A DNA stretch of 58,100 nucleotides from a virus (IMGVR_UViG_3300043465_000956:1-58100), one strand, 5' to 3'; numbered from the stretch's first letter, positions 9,527 through 19,740 are shown. Translations and numbers: made by a program. Notes: generated by a model from the letters alone, not told the origin.

Positions 9527-9998
9527 TCTAAAGACAGCTATAGATGAAAAGGACTGGTCGAAGGTGGTAGAATTCTACCGAATGTTGGCAGGGACTTTTG
9601 AGTCCCCAGTGGTTGAGGGGACTATGCCCGTCAAGGCCTCTGGGAGACTCGCTGAGTCAGACTTCTCTATGAGGCGGACTGTGGCATCGCAAACTCCGAC
9701 CAAGGCTCAGAAGGCTCCAGAGCCGCCAAAAACGAAGCGAGCCAGTAAAAAGAAAAAGGCGGCAAATACCAAGATCGAGTTTGTTGACACTGGGGAAAGA
9801 GTAGAGGAAGCTGGGGCCGATCTGATCAATGATAATGTGACCCCCTCGCCGAGAACGCGAAAGCCGTTCCAGACCGTCAGCATGGCCTGTATTGTCTGCA
9901 AAAAGACGGAAGATATGCATCCTCTCTTCAAAAGAGACGCAGAAGTTTACAAGTGTGACAGATGTTTGATTAAGGGCAAAAAAGATGGAGTTGAGTAA
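9516..9998 (+). CDS. hypothetical protein with C-terminal zinc finger
   Basis: CIVC...CDRC; Lys-rich linker; ATG at 9516. Confidence 0.7.
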   Translation: MINNLKTAIDEKDWSKVVEFYRMLAGTFESPVVEGTMPVKASGRLAESDFSMRRTVASQTPTKAQKAPEPPKTKRASKKKKAANTKIEFVDTGERVEEAGADLINDNVTPSPRTRKPFQTVSMACIVCKKTEDMHPLFKRDAEVYKCDRCLIKGKKDGVE

Positions 9999-12471
9999 TG
10001 TCGCTAGTGAACGAGCTGTTCTTGCTGGTATTTGCTCATATGGGATTGATTGCTATCTAGATGTTGAGGCTTTCCTAGAAGATGGGACTTTCACTGTAGA
10101 CTTTAATAAGGTGATGTACAAATGTATAAAACACACCATCAATAAAGTTGACAAAATAGACTTTGTATCGCTACTTTCGGCGGCGACAGATCTATCACTT
10201 GGGGACTATGTCAACAAGCCTGATGTACTGAAGCATTTCCATGGGGTTCTGTCTACCCCTATCCAGTTGTCCGGAATTTCCGGACATGCTAAGAAGATTC
10301 GCAGACTACAGTTTGCCCGGCATCTTCAGGATACCATAAAGGAGGCCTATAAGGGCCTCAATGAGGTATCTGGAGAAGAGTCTCTATCTGATATCGTTGC
10401 CATGGCTGAGGCCCCAATTCAGAACGCCTCCATCTCCTACATGAAGAAGGATGATAATAAGCCGAAACTTCTCGGTGAAGGAGGTATGGACTACTTCGAG
10501 TATCTGGTGTCAGACGAGCCAAAACAGGTTGGAGTACCAAGCGGTTTTCCATCCTATGATGTGGCTATAGGTGGCGGGTTCCTAAGGAAGTGCGTTGACT
10601 TGGTCGGGGCTAGAACTAAGAGCCTTCGATATGGGTCTTTCGTCTATACAAAGAATGGGCCAGTTAAGATAGAGAATCTGTCGGTTGGAGATAAGATCTC
10701 GCACCCATTTATGGAAGATTCTATCGTTGAAGAGGTCTTCGACTTTAAAGACAAGGATATCTACCGAGTTCATTTTCGGGATGGAAGCTTTGTAGACTGC
10801 TGCGAAGATCATCTATGGGAAGTCTACAAGAGATATCCGTATACAAGCATAAGCGAGAAAAGTGGTAGTGTATTATCCACAAAGGATATAGCAGCAAATC
10901 TTTACATTGGAGACCCAAGCAAGGGGATAGAGTACAAGTGGGATGTGAGACTACCAAGCCCGATTAAATACGCTCATCAAAGCGTTCCAGTAGATCCATA
11001 TGTCGTTGGAGTACTATTGGGCGACGGATCATTGATAAAGACATGCACATACACCAGCATGGATCAGGAGATTATTGATTATGTAAATGGTTACTTTAGT
11101 GATCTTGGTTACGAAGTAAAGATAGATCAGAATGATCCTAGCAAGAAATGTGTATCTTATAGAATTAATGGTTTTCAGGATAAACTTCGAGAGATAGGAA
11201 TTTTCAAGCATAATTGTTACACGAAATTCATTCCTGACATCTACAAGTACAACTCAGAAGAAGTTAGACTAGAAATCCTAAGAGGTCTCTTAGATACTGA
11301 TGGATCTTGTACTGTAGATCCTAGGTCAAAGACCTCAAGAAATACTTTTACTTCTGCTTCTAAGCAATTGATTGAAGATCTCTGTGAAATTGTTACATCA
11401 CTTGGAGGAATAGCGACCCCCAAAGCTCAGGTTACTACTTGTCTTGGCAGATCTTTTGACTCTTTTAGATGTGAGGTTCGACTACCTAATAACATTGTTC
11501 CGTTTAAGCTTAGCAGAAAAGCCAATCTGTCGAATAATAGGAAGATTGGAGACCTAAAAAGATCAATTGTAAGGGTGGAGAAGGTAGCTGTAGATAATGC
11601 TAGATGTATTAGGGTTTCAAATGATGATGGTTTGTTCCTAACGGATCATCACATAGTTACTCATAATTGTGGAAAATCGGTCTTCTGTGACAACGTAGCA
11701 TTACACGTCTCCGGGAAGCTCAACTTACCTGTACTGGTTCTAGACACTGAAATGTCAGAGCAAGACCATTGGAATAGAATATGGGCAAACATTAGTGGTA
11801 TTCCAATAAATGAGATCAAGACTGGGGACTTCAAAAAAGATCCCATGAAGAGGGCCGCAATAGTTGAAGCAAGAGATAAATTGGCATCTATTCCATATTT
11901 CTATATCAATGTCTCTGGCAAAGGGTTTGACGAAATCCTTTCAATTGCTCGCAGGTGGGTCCTCAAGGAAGTGGGGTTCGAGCCAACTGGCAGAACCAAA
12001 GACTGCTTGATAATCTATGACTATTTCAAGCTTATGGATTCTTCTGGCCTGTCCCAGAACGTAGCAGAATTTCAAGCTATGGGTTTTCAGGCAACTAAGC
12101 TACACAACTTCTGCGTAGAGCATGACGTGCCGTGTTTGTCGTTTGTTCAGTTAAATAGGGATGGAATCGAAAAAGAGTCGGCAGATGTTATCTCACAGTC
12201 TGATAGAATTGGCTGGTTGTGTACATCGTTTACTATTCTAAAAGAAAAATCCATTGATGAAATTGCCGATGATGGTCCCAGAAATGGCAACCGTAAACTA
12301 GTGCCAGTACTTTCAAGACATGGCCCCGGAATGACTGACGATGGGTATATCTGTCTCGAAATGAAGGGTGAACTAGCAAGGATGAGAGAAATTGGCACTG
12401 TTAGACGACTTTCTAGAAGCAAAGAATTCCCAGAGAGACCTCCAGAACCTGAAAGCGGGGATGAAGGCTAA
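9985..12471 (+). CDS. dnaB: DnaB-like replicative helicase, intein-containing
   Basis: SERAVLAG N-terminus, GVPSGFPSYD, Walker A GARTK|CGKS split by an intein, LDTEMS, IIYDY, VQLNR, SQSDRI, SRHGP. Confidence 0.93.
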   Translation: MELSNVASERAVLAGICSYGIDCYLDVEAFLEDGTFTVDFNKVMYKCIKHTINKVDKIDFVSLLSAATDLSLGDYVNKPDVLKHFHGVLSTPIQLSGISGHAKKIRRLQFARHLQDTIKEAYKGLNEVSGEESLSDIVAMAEAPIQNASISYMKKDDNKPKLLGEGGMDYFEYLVSDEPKQVGVPSGFPSYDVAIGGGFLRKCVDLVGARTKSLRYGSFVYTKNGPVKIENLSVGDKISHPFMEDSIVEEVFDFKDKDIYRVHFRDGSFVDCCEDHLWEVYKRYPYTSISEKSGSVLSTKDIAANLYIGDPSKGIEYKWDVRLPSPIKYAHQSVPVDPYVVGVLLGDGSLIKTCTYTSMDQEIIDYVNGYFSDLGYEVKIDQNDPSKKCVSYRINGFQDKLREIGIFKHNCYTKFIPDIYKYNSEEVRLEILRGLLDTDGSCTVDPRSKTSRNTFTSASKQLIEDLCEIVTSLGGIATPKAQVTTCLGRSFDSFRCEVRLPNNIVPFKLSRKANLSNNRKIGDLKRSIVRVEKVAVDNARCIRVSNDDGLFLTDHHIVTHNCGKSVFCDNVALHVSGKLNLPVLVLDTEMSEQDHWNRIWANISGIPINEIKTGDFKKDPMKRAAIVEARDKLASIPYFYINVSGKGFDEILSIARRWVLKEVGFEPTGRTKDCLIIYDYFKLMDSSGLSQNVAEFQAMGFQATKLHNFCVEHDVPCLSFVQLNRDGIEKESADVISQSDRIGWLCTSFTILKEKSIDEIADDGPRNGNRKLVPVLSRHGPGMTDDGYICLEMKGELARMREIGTVRRLSRSKEFPERPPEPESGDEG
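10621..11667 (+). mobile_element. intein with LAGLIDADG homing endonuclease (349 aa) in DnaB Walker A
   Basis: Begins SLRYGSFVYT, block B CCEDHLW, LAGLIDADG motifs VGVLLGDGS and LRGLLDTDGS, ends HIVTHN followed by +1 Cys; removal restores GARTKCGKS. Confidence 0.93.
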
Positions 12472-13402
12472 GATTCCCCAAATCCTCGACTTCTTTGGGG
12501 TCAAACCTTATAGGTCTGGCAATTTGTTGGTATGTAATTGCCCCATCCACAATGGGGACAACACAACAGCTTTCAACGTGAACAATGACACTTCCTCTGA
12601 ATATTGTGGCAGGTGGTTCTGTAATACTGCCGGATGCCACAAACAATTTGGCGGAGATATCCTCGGGTTATTGAGAGGTTTGGCCTCTACCAAGGCTGAC
12701 ATTTCTTTTACTGAAGTGATCAATCTAGCTGCGACTTTCTGCGGAATCGAGCGAATTGACTACATCTCTGATGCTTTCAATGATTTGCTGTTGAGAGACT
12801 CAGTAAAGAAGATGGGACCTAGTAGAGAAGAGGTACGACAGAAGCTTATTAGACCTGCCGATTTTTATATACAAAGAGGATTCTCTCAACAAATCCTTGA
12901 CGAGTTCGACGTAGGAGTATGTAATGACCCATCAAAGGAAATGTATGAGAGGGTCGTATTTCCTGTTTATGATGTAAATGGGAAATTTTTGGTTGGGTGT
13001 GTGGGTAGGACCCTTATCAACGCCCCCCACAAATGGAAGAATCAAAAGGGATTCAAGAAATCTGAGCACCTATATGGATATTGGCTCGCTTTTCAGGCTA
13101 TATGTCAAAGCGGAAAGCTTATACTAGTAGAGGGCCAAGGTGACGTGATCAGATTCCATCAGGCCGGTATCAGAAACGTTGTCGGAATCTTTGGCAGCAA
13201 GTTGTCTGATACACAAGAGTTATTACTCCAGAAGACAGGAGTGATGGATGTGGTTACGGTATTCGATCGAGATGAGGCTGGAGACAAGTGTCGCAAAGAT
13301 TGTAATAGGCTAAGTCGCCTGTTTAATGTGAGGCACGTTGTGCCTCTTGTCGACGATGTTGGGGAAATGTCAGTAGAAGAAGTTCAAGGATTAAAACTAT
13401 GA
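12392..13402 (+). CDS. dnaG: DnaG-like DNA primase
   Basis: Zinc finger CPIH...WFCNTAGC, RVVFP, TOPRIM LVEGQGD and FDRDEAG. Confidence 0.9.
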   Translation: MALLDDFLEAKNSQRDLQNLKAGMKAKIPQILDFFGVKPYRSGNLLVCNCPIHNGDNTTAFNVNNDTSSEYCGRWFCNTAGCHKQFGGDILGLLRGLASTKADISFTEVINLAATFCGIERIDYISDAFNDLLLRDSVKKMGPSREEVRQKLIRPADFYIQRGFSQQILDEFDVGVCNDPSKEMYERVVFPVYDVNGKFLVGCVGRTLINAPHKWKNQKGFKKSEHLYGYWLAFQAICQSGKLILVEGQGDVIRFHQAGIRNVVGIFGSKLSDTQELLLQKTGVMDVVTVFDRDEAGDKCRKDCNRLSRLFNVRHVVPLVDDVGEMSVEEVQGLKL

Positions 13403-14223
13403 CACAAATTATTTGTTTGGCCGGAAGCAAAGAGAGTGGCAAGACAACTGCTGCCAATTTTCTCCATGGACACATCTTGAAGCTCAATGAGGTCATCAGA
13501 GAATATGAGATGACCAAGGCTGGTGAGCTTAAGGTCAACACTCATTACATGAAGGATGGGGAAGTAAAAGAGGATATGGGAGTCCTTGATTTATCCCGTA
13601 AGGACGATCTGTACGTACAGTATGCCGACCAAATGATCTGGCCATTTGTGAAGATGTATAATTTTGCAGATGCCCTAAAAGAGCTATGTATCACCATGTT
13701 TGACATTTCCCATGAGCAAGCCTACGGAGCATACAAGAATAGCTTGACCAAGCTGAAGTGGGAAAACATGCCGGGTGTCGTAAGTTCCACCAAAATCGAA
13801 GATTTGTCCTTGTCGACTGAGGACCTAGAGAAGCTAGGTATTCAGTCACATAAACCCGGCTTCATGACCGCTCGTGAAGTCCTCCAGTTCGTCGGCACTG
13901 ATATCTTCCGCCGTATGTACGAGCCAGTCTGGGTAAACCTCCTCATGAATAAGATCAAGGAGGACTCTCCCCTTGTTGCTGTCATTGCTGACTGTCGCTT
14001 TGATAATGAGGCACAGGCTGTTCTGGAAGCCGATGGCACGATCGTAAGACTCACTCGCCGACCAGTCCGAGATACACACCCGTCAGAAGACGGGTTCAAG
14101 GATTTCACAGCTTTCCATAAGGTCATAGATAATGAGAATCTAACCTTGCCTGCTGCTAATCAAGAGTTGCTGGACTTCCTGATCCAAAAAGGGATTAGCG
14201 AACTGGTTACGAAGGCAGAATGA
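13399..14223 (+). CDS. deoxynucleoside monophosphate kinase
   Basis: GSKESGKTT, FADALKE, AREVLQFVGTD, IADCRFDNE, HPSE, IDN (T4 gp1-like pattern). Confidence 0.87.
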   Translation: MTQIICLAGSKESGKTTAANFLHGHILKLNEVIREYEMTKAGELKVNTHYMKDGEVKEDMGVLDLSRKDDLYVQYADQMIWPFVKMYNFADALKELCITMFDISHEQAYGAYKNSLTKLKWENMPGVVSSTKIEDLSLSTEDLEKLGIQSHKPGFMTAREVLQFVGTDIFRRMYEPVWVNLLMNKIKEDSPLVAVIADCRFDNEAQAVLEADGTIVRLTRRPVRDTHPSEDGFKDFTAFHKVIDNENLTLPAANQELLDFLIQKGISELVTKAE

Positions 14224-14237
14224 GGCTACGCCTCTTT
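14222..14237 (+). terminator. weak hairpin/possible terminator
   Basis: GAGGC-TAC-GCCTC followed by TTT at the kinase stop. Confidence 0.3.
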
Positions 14238-14252
14238 ATATAAAGGAACGCT

Positions 14253-15296
14253 ATGATACTTACCTACTTGAGAAGCTCATCGATTGGTACTTATGCGATG
14301 TGCCCTCAGAAGTATTTATTCACTTATCTTTTAGGTATGAAGGATAAAGATAATGGCAAAGCTATGATGGGAAATGTATGCCATAAGAATCTTGAATTAC
14401 TTGGTAAGCAAAGAATAGCCCAACAGAATAAAAAGCGAAGTTTCATTGATGAAGAATTTGGCAAGATAACATTTGCTAAATGCTCAATAGAGTACTTCAA
14501 TGAGGTGTCTCATGCCCACTATGAAAAGCTTTTTCCGGGTATCATGCCAGCCAATTCCAAAAAGCTAACGCTGGAATGGACGCATTTAGCAGTAACCAAG
14601 CATGATGGAGAAATGAACCCATTAAATCAGAATGTTCATGCTGTCGAAGAGTTCTTTGAAGTAGAAGTTCCCCACGATTGGGCCAAGTATTCATATAAGA
14701 TTGGTGATGAAGTAATTGAGGGTAGATTAGGACTCAAGGGTACAGTAGACCTAATACTAAAAGAGGATGATGTTTTCTTTCATATTTGTGACTATAAAAC
14801 TGGACGTAGATATAATTGGGCTACAGATAAAGTAAAAACCTATGACTGCTTGGCTGAAGATAAGCAATTATTGCTTTATTACTATGCTCTACGATTGAAA
14901 TACCCAGAGCGAAAGTTCTATATATCCATCTACTATATCAACGATCATACTATCGATAAGGTTATGGTTCCCGGTGGAGTTTTCACTTTTGCCTTTGATG
15001 ACAAGGACTTCCTTAAAGCCGAAGGCATGATTAAGAAAGAGTTCGAGACTATCCGAGATGATAAAACTCCCCGCGTGATCAGCAAGACATGCAATCACTT
15101 CAAGTGTAAACATCTGTGTGCGTTTTCTAAGATCATTCCAGAGATCTCCCCAGATACTCCAGCCTGCATATTTATCCGTAGTGAGATAGAGCGGATTGGG
15201 CTGGATGCGGTCACTGAGAAATATGCTGACCTGAGTCGCATGAAGGTCTATAGTGGGGGCGGAAGACAGGATGTAGATTTAAATCCTAAAGATTAA
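14253..15296 (+). CDS. PD-(D/E)xK exonuclease, Cas4/AddB-like with Fe-S cysteines
   Basis: SSIGTYAMCPQKY, GNVCH, LKGTVDL, ICDYKTG, QLLLYY, and C-terminal CNHFKCKHLC. Confidence 0.85.
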   Translation: MILTYLRSSSIGTYAMCPQKYLFTYLLGMKDKDNGKAMMGNVCHKNLELLGKQRIAQQNKKRSFIDEEFGKITFAKCSIEYFNEVSHAHYEKLFPGIMPANSKKLTLEWTHLAVTKHDGEMNPLNQNVHAVEEFFEVEVPHDWAKYSYKIGDEVIEGRLGLKGTVDLILKEDDVFFHICDYKTGRRYNWATDKVKTYDCLAEDKQLLLYYYALRLKYPERKFYISIYYINDHTIDKVMVPGGVFTFAFDDKDFLKAEGMIKKEFETIRDDKTPRVISKTCNHFKCKHLCAFSKIIPEISPDTPACIFIRSEIERIGLDAVTEKYADLSRMKVYSGGGRQDVDLNPKD

Positions 15297-15307
15297 GGAG
15301 CATTACA

Positions 15308-15961
15308 ATTAATTACGAAAACTTTATTTGTTACGATTTAGAAACATCGGGAATAAATACCGACACAGCACAGATAGTACAAATTGGTGCTATATGTATT
15401 GATTCTAGAAGATTAGAGATTATTGAAGGTAGTGAATTCGATGTTCTGATTAAGCCTCTATATGGCGAAGAGTGTGCCAAGGCTGGATTACAAGAACTGA
15501 CAGATGGGGCTATTAACATCCACAAAAAGGGACATGCTCTGCTCGCCGAGAAGGGTGTCTCGTTAGAGACTGGAATGGCCAATTTTGTCTCATATGTAAA
15601 TACACATAATTATGGTAAGACAAAGTGGAAAAGCCCTATTCCAGCGGGCTATAACATCAACAACTATGATACTCCAATTCTAAAAAGAGATTTAGCTAGA
15701 ACTGGGCTATCTAGCCCATTTCACCCATCGATATCAATAGATGTCCTCCAATTAATGTTTTTATTTTTCGAAAATAATAAAGATGTTGCTCGCCTATCTG
15801 CTGACTCCCTGATTCGCAAGCATATGGGATGGAAAGACAAAGGGGAATCCCATGACGCCCTCGGGGACGTTATCATGACAGCAGAAGTCCTGATCAAGTC
15901 TATGCGACTCATCCGTAAAGCCGTAGGCACTGTCAAGTTCGAAAATTGCTTCGCCCTTTAG
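15308..15961 (+). CDS. DEDDh 3'-5' exonuclease (DnaQ-like), ATT start
   Basis: The frame of the 15575 ORF extends upstream to include ExoI FICYDLETSG...IVQIGA; AGYNINNYD and HDALGD follow; in-frame TAA at 15287 and no ATG/GTG/TTG before ExoI; SD AAGGAG 7 nt before ATT 15308. Confidence 0.85.
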   Translation: MNYENFICYDLETSGINTDTAQIVQIGAICIDSRRLEIIEGSEFDVLIKPLYGEECAKAGLQELTDGAINIHKKGHALLAEKGVSLETGMANFVSYVNTHNYGKTKWKSPIPAGYNINNYDTPILKRDLARTGLSSPFHPSISIDVLQLMFLFFENNKDVARLSADSLIRKHMGWKDKGESHDALGDVIMTAEVLIKSMRLIRKAVGTVKFENCFAL

Positions 15962-15978
15962 TGCCCAACGGAGTCTCC

Positions 15979-16407
15979 ATGGAAGTCCATAAACAATTTG
16001 AATGCCTCGTAGCCGACCTAGCTCACACTCTGTATAGAAAGACTCACCTATATGATTTTGAAGATCTTTTCCAGATAGGGCTACAGTCGGTTGTGAGGCT
16101 TGAAAAATCCTTTGATGCCAGTAGATCGCAGAGAATTACGTTCTTCACCAAGTGCATCAGAAGAGACATGGTCAAGTTCATAAAAAAGCATAATAAAGTA
16201 TTCTCCAATGTGCCGCTTCCCAAAGACACAAGCTGTAAGAAAATAGAACAGCTTTGGGAGAGTCTTCCAGACATGGGGGCAGAGGATACCGAGATGGTCA
16301 GGATGCTTGTGAATGGCCTCAGTAAAAGAGATGTGGCCAGAAGACTAATGTTGACTATGCAAGAAGTACAAGTCAGACTAGAGAAAATAGGAGAGTCAAT
16401 TGGTTAA
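15979..16407 (+). CDS. sigma-70-like RNA polymerase sigma factor (regions 2 and 4)
   Basis: FEDLFQIG...KSFDASR...TFFTKCIR (region 2) and GLSKRDVARRL HTH (region 4); SD GGAG before ATG 15979. Confidence 0.75.
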   Translation: MEVHKQFECLVADLAHTLYRKTHLYDFEDLFQIGLQSVVRLEKSFDASRSQRITFFTKCIRRDMVKFIKKHNKVFSNVPLPKDTSCKKIEQLWESLPDMGAEDTEMVRMLVNGLSKRDVARRLMLTMQEVQVRLEKIGESIG

Positions 16408-18052
16408 GAGAGTCTTGGTTGGTTCAGAAGCATCATATCTCAATACTGGATACGCCTCGTATGGTCGCGAGCTTATCAAGCGACTTATCGCCACTGGCAA
16501 GTATGAAGTGGCCGAAATCTCTTGCTATGGGGCAGCGGATGATGAACGTCGCAAGACGATCCCATGGAAGAACTACCCAATTGCTCCCAGTAGGTCAGAC
16601 TCTGATGACATGAAAAAGATGTACGGGTCTAACCCGTCCAACCAATTTGGGGCATGGAGATTTGAGCGAATTTGCTTAGATTTTAAGCCAGACGTTGTTA
16701 TCATGCAGAAAGACCCTTGGATGGATTCTTGGGTGAAGCATTCCCCATACAGGCCATTCTTCTCATGGGCATGGGCCAGTACTGTAGACTCATCCCCACA
16801 GAGCCCAGAATGGATCAATCAATTTGCCGATGCTGACTATTTTTACACTCTGTCAGAATGGGCAGAGGGAGTAATCAGAGAACAAGCTGGCGACTCTGTA
16901 AACCTCATTGGCAGCGTCACCATGTCTGCGGCTGATGAATTCCAGCCAGTACCCAACAAGGCCGCTCACAGGCTTGCTATGGGCCTTGACCCAGACTGGA
17001 AGATCATTGGCACAGTGATGCGAAATCAGCGAAGGAAGCTTTTCCCTGACCTATTGGAAGCTTTCTCCAAGTACCTTTCTTTTACTGGGGACAAGGATAC
17101 TTACTTATACTGCCATACATCGTATCCGGACAACGGATGGGATCTCCCGCAATTGATGATGAAGTATGGGATTTCGTCAAGAGTCCTATTTACTTATTCA
17201 TGTGAGGAGTGCAGCTCGCTCACAATAGGCAAATTCAGTGATACGGTAAAGCAATGCAGAAGTTGTAAAAAGTATGCGGCTAAACCATGTAGCGTTAGTA
17301 GTGGTGCAACTACAGAAGAGCTGGCCAAAATCTTTAATTTGTTTGATTTGTATATCCAATGTGCAAATAGCGAGGGTATGGGCATCAGCCAAATGGAGGC
17401 AGCAGCCTGTGCTGTTCCTATCATGTCCACCGACTATTCCGCTATGGAGTCGATAGTAAGAAAACTAAACGGATACCCAATTCCAGTAAAGACAAAGGTC
17501 CTAGAATTGGAGACCGGTTGCTATCGTGCAATTCCAGACATTGACGAGATTGTTTCTTACTGGAAGATGTTCTTCGGTCTATCTGGCGAAGACAGACTAG
17601 AGGCTGGCAGAAAAGCCCGTTCCGCCTATGAGGCCAATTTCAACTGGGACGAAGTTGTCAAAAAGTGGATGATCTCTCTGGATCAGTCCCCAAAGGCAAC
17701 TTGGGATAAGCCACTTCGGCAAATCAACCTGCCACAAGATGACGCCATCCCAAAGTTCTCGAACAATAAGGCTTTTCTCGATTGGGCCATCAAGACATAT
17801 GTTCCTTATGCTGGCCTGCTGAATTCATATGAGGCCAATTGTATTCTTAGGGATTTAAACTTTCAGACATGCAAGCCGAACCCGTGCGGATTCTTCTTCT
17901 CTGAGAATTCATACTTTGATCGGGTCAATCATCAGCCATTCGGCAAAGAGCATGTTCTAAAAATATTTCGTGGCAAGGCTGAAATTTTCAACTTCTGGGA
18001 GAAAGCCAGAGTTGGCATCAATAAACTCCAAAATGAGGATTGGCTACTATGA
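16400..18052 (+). CDS. GT-B (GT4-like) glycosyltransferase with zinc-ribbon insertion
   Basis: TGYASYGRE, RNQRRK, FNLFDLYI, SEGMGISQMEAAACAVP; inserted CEEC...CRSC. Confidence 0.85.
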   Translation: MVKRVLVGSEASYLNTGYASYGRELIKRLIATGKYEVAEISCYGAADDERRKTIPWKNYPIAPSRSDSDDMKKMYGSNPSNQFGAWRFERICLDFKPDVVIMQKDPWMDSWVKHSPYRPFFSWAWASTVDSSPQSPEWINQFADADYFYTLSEWAEGVIREQAGDSVNLIGSVTMSAADEFQPVPNKAAHRLAMGLDPDWKIIGTVMRNQRRKLFPDLLEAFSKYLSFTGDKDTYLYCHTSYPDNGWDLPQLMMKYGISSRVLFTYSCEECSSLTIGKFSDTVKQCRSCKKYAAKPCSVSSGATTEELAKIFNLFDLYIQCANSEGMGISQMEAAACAVPIMSTDYSAMESIVRKLNGYPIPVKTKVLELETGCYRAIPDIDEIVSYWKMFFGLSGEDRLEAGRKARSAYEANFNWDEVVKKWMISLDQSPKATWDKPLRQINLPQDDAIPKFSNNKAFLDWAIKTYVPYAGLLNSYEANCILRDLNFQTCKPNPCGFFFSENSYFDRVNHQPFGKEHVLKIFRGKAEIFNFWEKARVGINKLQNEDWLL

Positions 18053-18756
18053 TCAGTACTACGTGTAAAGATTGTGCCTTCAAAATAATGCATGGCAATG
18101 TGCAGACTGGATGTGAGCTGGGAATCCTTGATAGATTCGAAGATTCAGGAGCCACTATAACCAGATTCCACGATGACGGCAAAACCTATAAGCAAGTCAA
18201 CAAGGTGTGCGTTTATCGCAGACCAGAATGGGACTGGACTGGTGATATTTATGCCGAAACCTTCATCCGGAGCACGATAGTCGTCATCCACAATGAGGGT
18301 GATGATCTAGAGTCTACCCTGAAGAGCATTGTGAGTCTAAAAACTCCCAAGCCTCCCAATGTCATCATCTGCCACACTACCGAAAACCCTTCAGAGATAC
18401 ACAAGATTGGAATCAGCTTCGTCGAGCCGAAGAGATTCTCTTGTGTGTACATGGTGAATTCCTCATATGATGGGTCCATCTACGACGAAGCCTTCAAGAG
18501 ATGCAAAAATGGATGGATCTTCTTTGTTCCATCTGGACAATCGCTTGATTCTAACACTTTGGCTGCGATGAACCACGCAGTCAACTATAATATGAGGACT
18601 CATGTGGCAACAACTGGCCTAGAATCATACATGGCGATAGCCTACAAGTTGTTTCATGGGCATCTCGGCAATATAAGGGAAGCATTGGCCGAAATTCCTA
18701 ACGCAACTCTGGATTGGAAAGAAATTGATGAAAATTATCGGCTATACATTTCCTGA
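18049..18756 (+). CDS. Cys-motif plus degenerate GT-A (GT2-like) protein
   Basis: N-terminal CKDC...C...C; IVVIHNEGDDLESTLKSI and GWIFFV resemble a GT2 fold, but there is no clear DxD. Confidence 0.5.
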   Translation: MISTTCKDCAFKIMHGNVQTGCELGILDRFEDSGATITRFHDDGKTYKQVNKVCVYRRPEWDWTGDIYAETFIRSTIVVIHNEGDDLESTLKSIVSLKTPKPPNVIICHTTENPSEIHKIGISFVEPKRFSCVYMVNSSYDGSIYDEAFKRCKNGWIFFVPSGQSLDSNTLAAMNHAVNYNMRTHVATTGLESYMAIAYKLFHGHLGNIREALAEIPNATLDWKEIDENYRLYIS

Positions 18757-19096
18757 TAAATCGGCCAAATCAAAAGAGTTTGTCGACGAAGTGGTCGTAA
18801 TAAAAGATTACTCTGAACTTGATGGGGACTACGCTATAGATCTTTCATATGGCGGTCTAGATACAGATATTCGTCCATACTTGAAAGGTGATGGAGCATA
18901 CTATGGCGACTATTACGATCAATATGGAAATTACTCACTGCATAGCCAATTCCCATCTGTGAGAACTACATATCCGGGTATTGTCTACAAGGTTTCCCTC
19001 TTGAAAGAGTGTGATACCAAGAACCCACTTGAGGAGATAGCCAAAGTTGATGTAATCTCATACATACCAAAACCAATCTTCAAGATTATTGCATGA
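18728..19096 (+). CDS. hypothetical protein (possible GT-A fragment)
   Basis: In the glyco cluster; AYYGDY and ISYIPKPIF recall GT2 C-terminal segments. Confidence 0.55.
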   Translation: MKIIGYTFPDKSAKSKEFVDEVVVIKDYSELDGDYAIDLSYGGLDTDIRPYLKGDGAYYGDYYDQYGNYSLHSQFPSVRTTYPGIVYKVSLLKECDTKNPLEEIAKVDVISYIPKPIFKIIA

Positions 19097-19740
19097 GTAC
19101 ATACATACTGCTTTCTGCCGGATGCGGTCGATCAATGATGACAAAGGGAGCAAAACCCCTTCTGATCTATGATGGATTCGCCGTAATAGATCACCAAATA
19201 AAGACGATCTTATCCTATGATAAGTCTGCCGATATCTTGGTGGTCACTGGCGTAGGGCACGAGAAGATCGTTAAACATGTGGAGAAACGCGGCTACGATA
19301 TCAGGCTCGTATTGAACTACAGCTATAAGCTGACTAGCCAAACCGAGAGTCTGAGATTGGCCATCAATGCGTGTCGTATAGATTCTACCTACATCATTCA
19401 TGGCGACATGATTTTCAACAAGCCAGCCATCGCATGCAACAGAACAAAAACAAGCATAATGCTCGATAGGGGGCAGTCGGATAAAAAAGGTGTGGGAGCC
19501 ACCCAGCAGAATGGGTTCCTGATGAATCTATCCTATGGGTTGCCAGACAAATGGGCACAAGTTGCGTTCATCAGTAAAAGAGATTTCCCCGTAGTTAAAG
19601 CTGAGATTAACTCATTCAGAAACAATAAGACCACCTTTGAGTTCCTCAACATGCTCGCGAAGAAGATCAAATTCGCAATCGTGGATAAGGATGTAAAAAC
19701 CATAGAGATATCGAGGAACTATGAAGAGCTTAGTGATTAG
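19093..19740 (+). CDS. nucleotidyltransferase (NTP_transferase/LicC-like)
   Basis: ILLSAGCGRSM...KPLL, IDHQI, VVTG, IIHGDMIF. Confidence 0.8.
   Translation: MSTYILLSAGCGRSMMTKGAKPLLIYDGFAVIDHQIKTILSYDKSADILVVTGVGHEKIVKHVEKRGYDIRLVLNYSYKLTSQTESLRLAINACRIDSTYIIHGDMIFNKPAIACNRTKTSIMLDRGQSDKKGVGATQQNGFLMNLSYGLPDKWAQVAFISKRDFPVVKAEINSFRNNKTTFEFLNMLAKKIKFAIVDKDVKTIEISRNYEELSD

Noticed and set aside
14253-15296. Cas4-like gene as part of a CRISPR-Cas system
   Set aside because: No cas1/cas2 or array nearby; solo Cas4/AddB-like exonucleases are common in phage replication blocks.
15575-15961. 128-aa ORF as a complete gene or pseudogene
   Set aside because: It is the 3' part of an intact DEDDh exonuclease frame that extends to ATT 15308.
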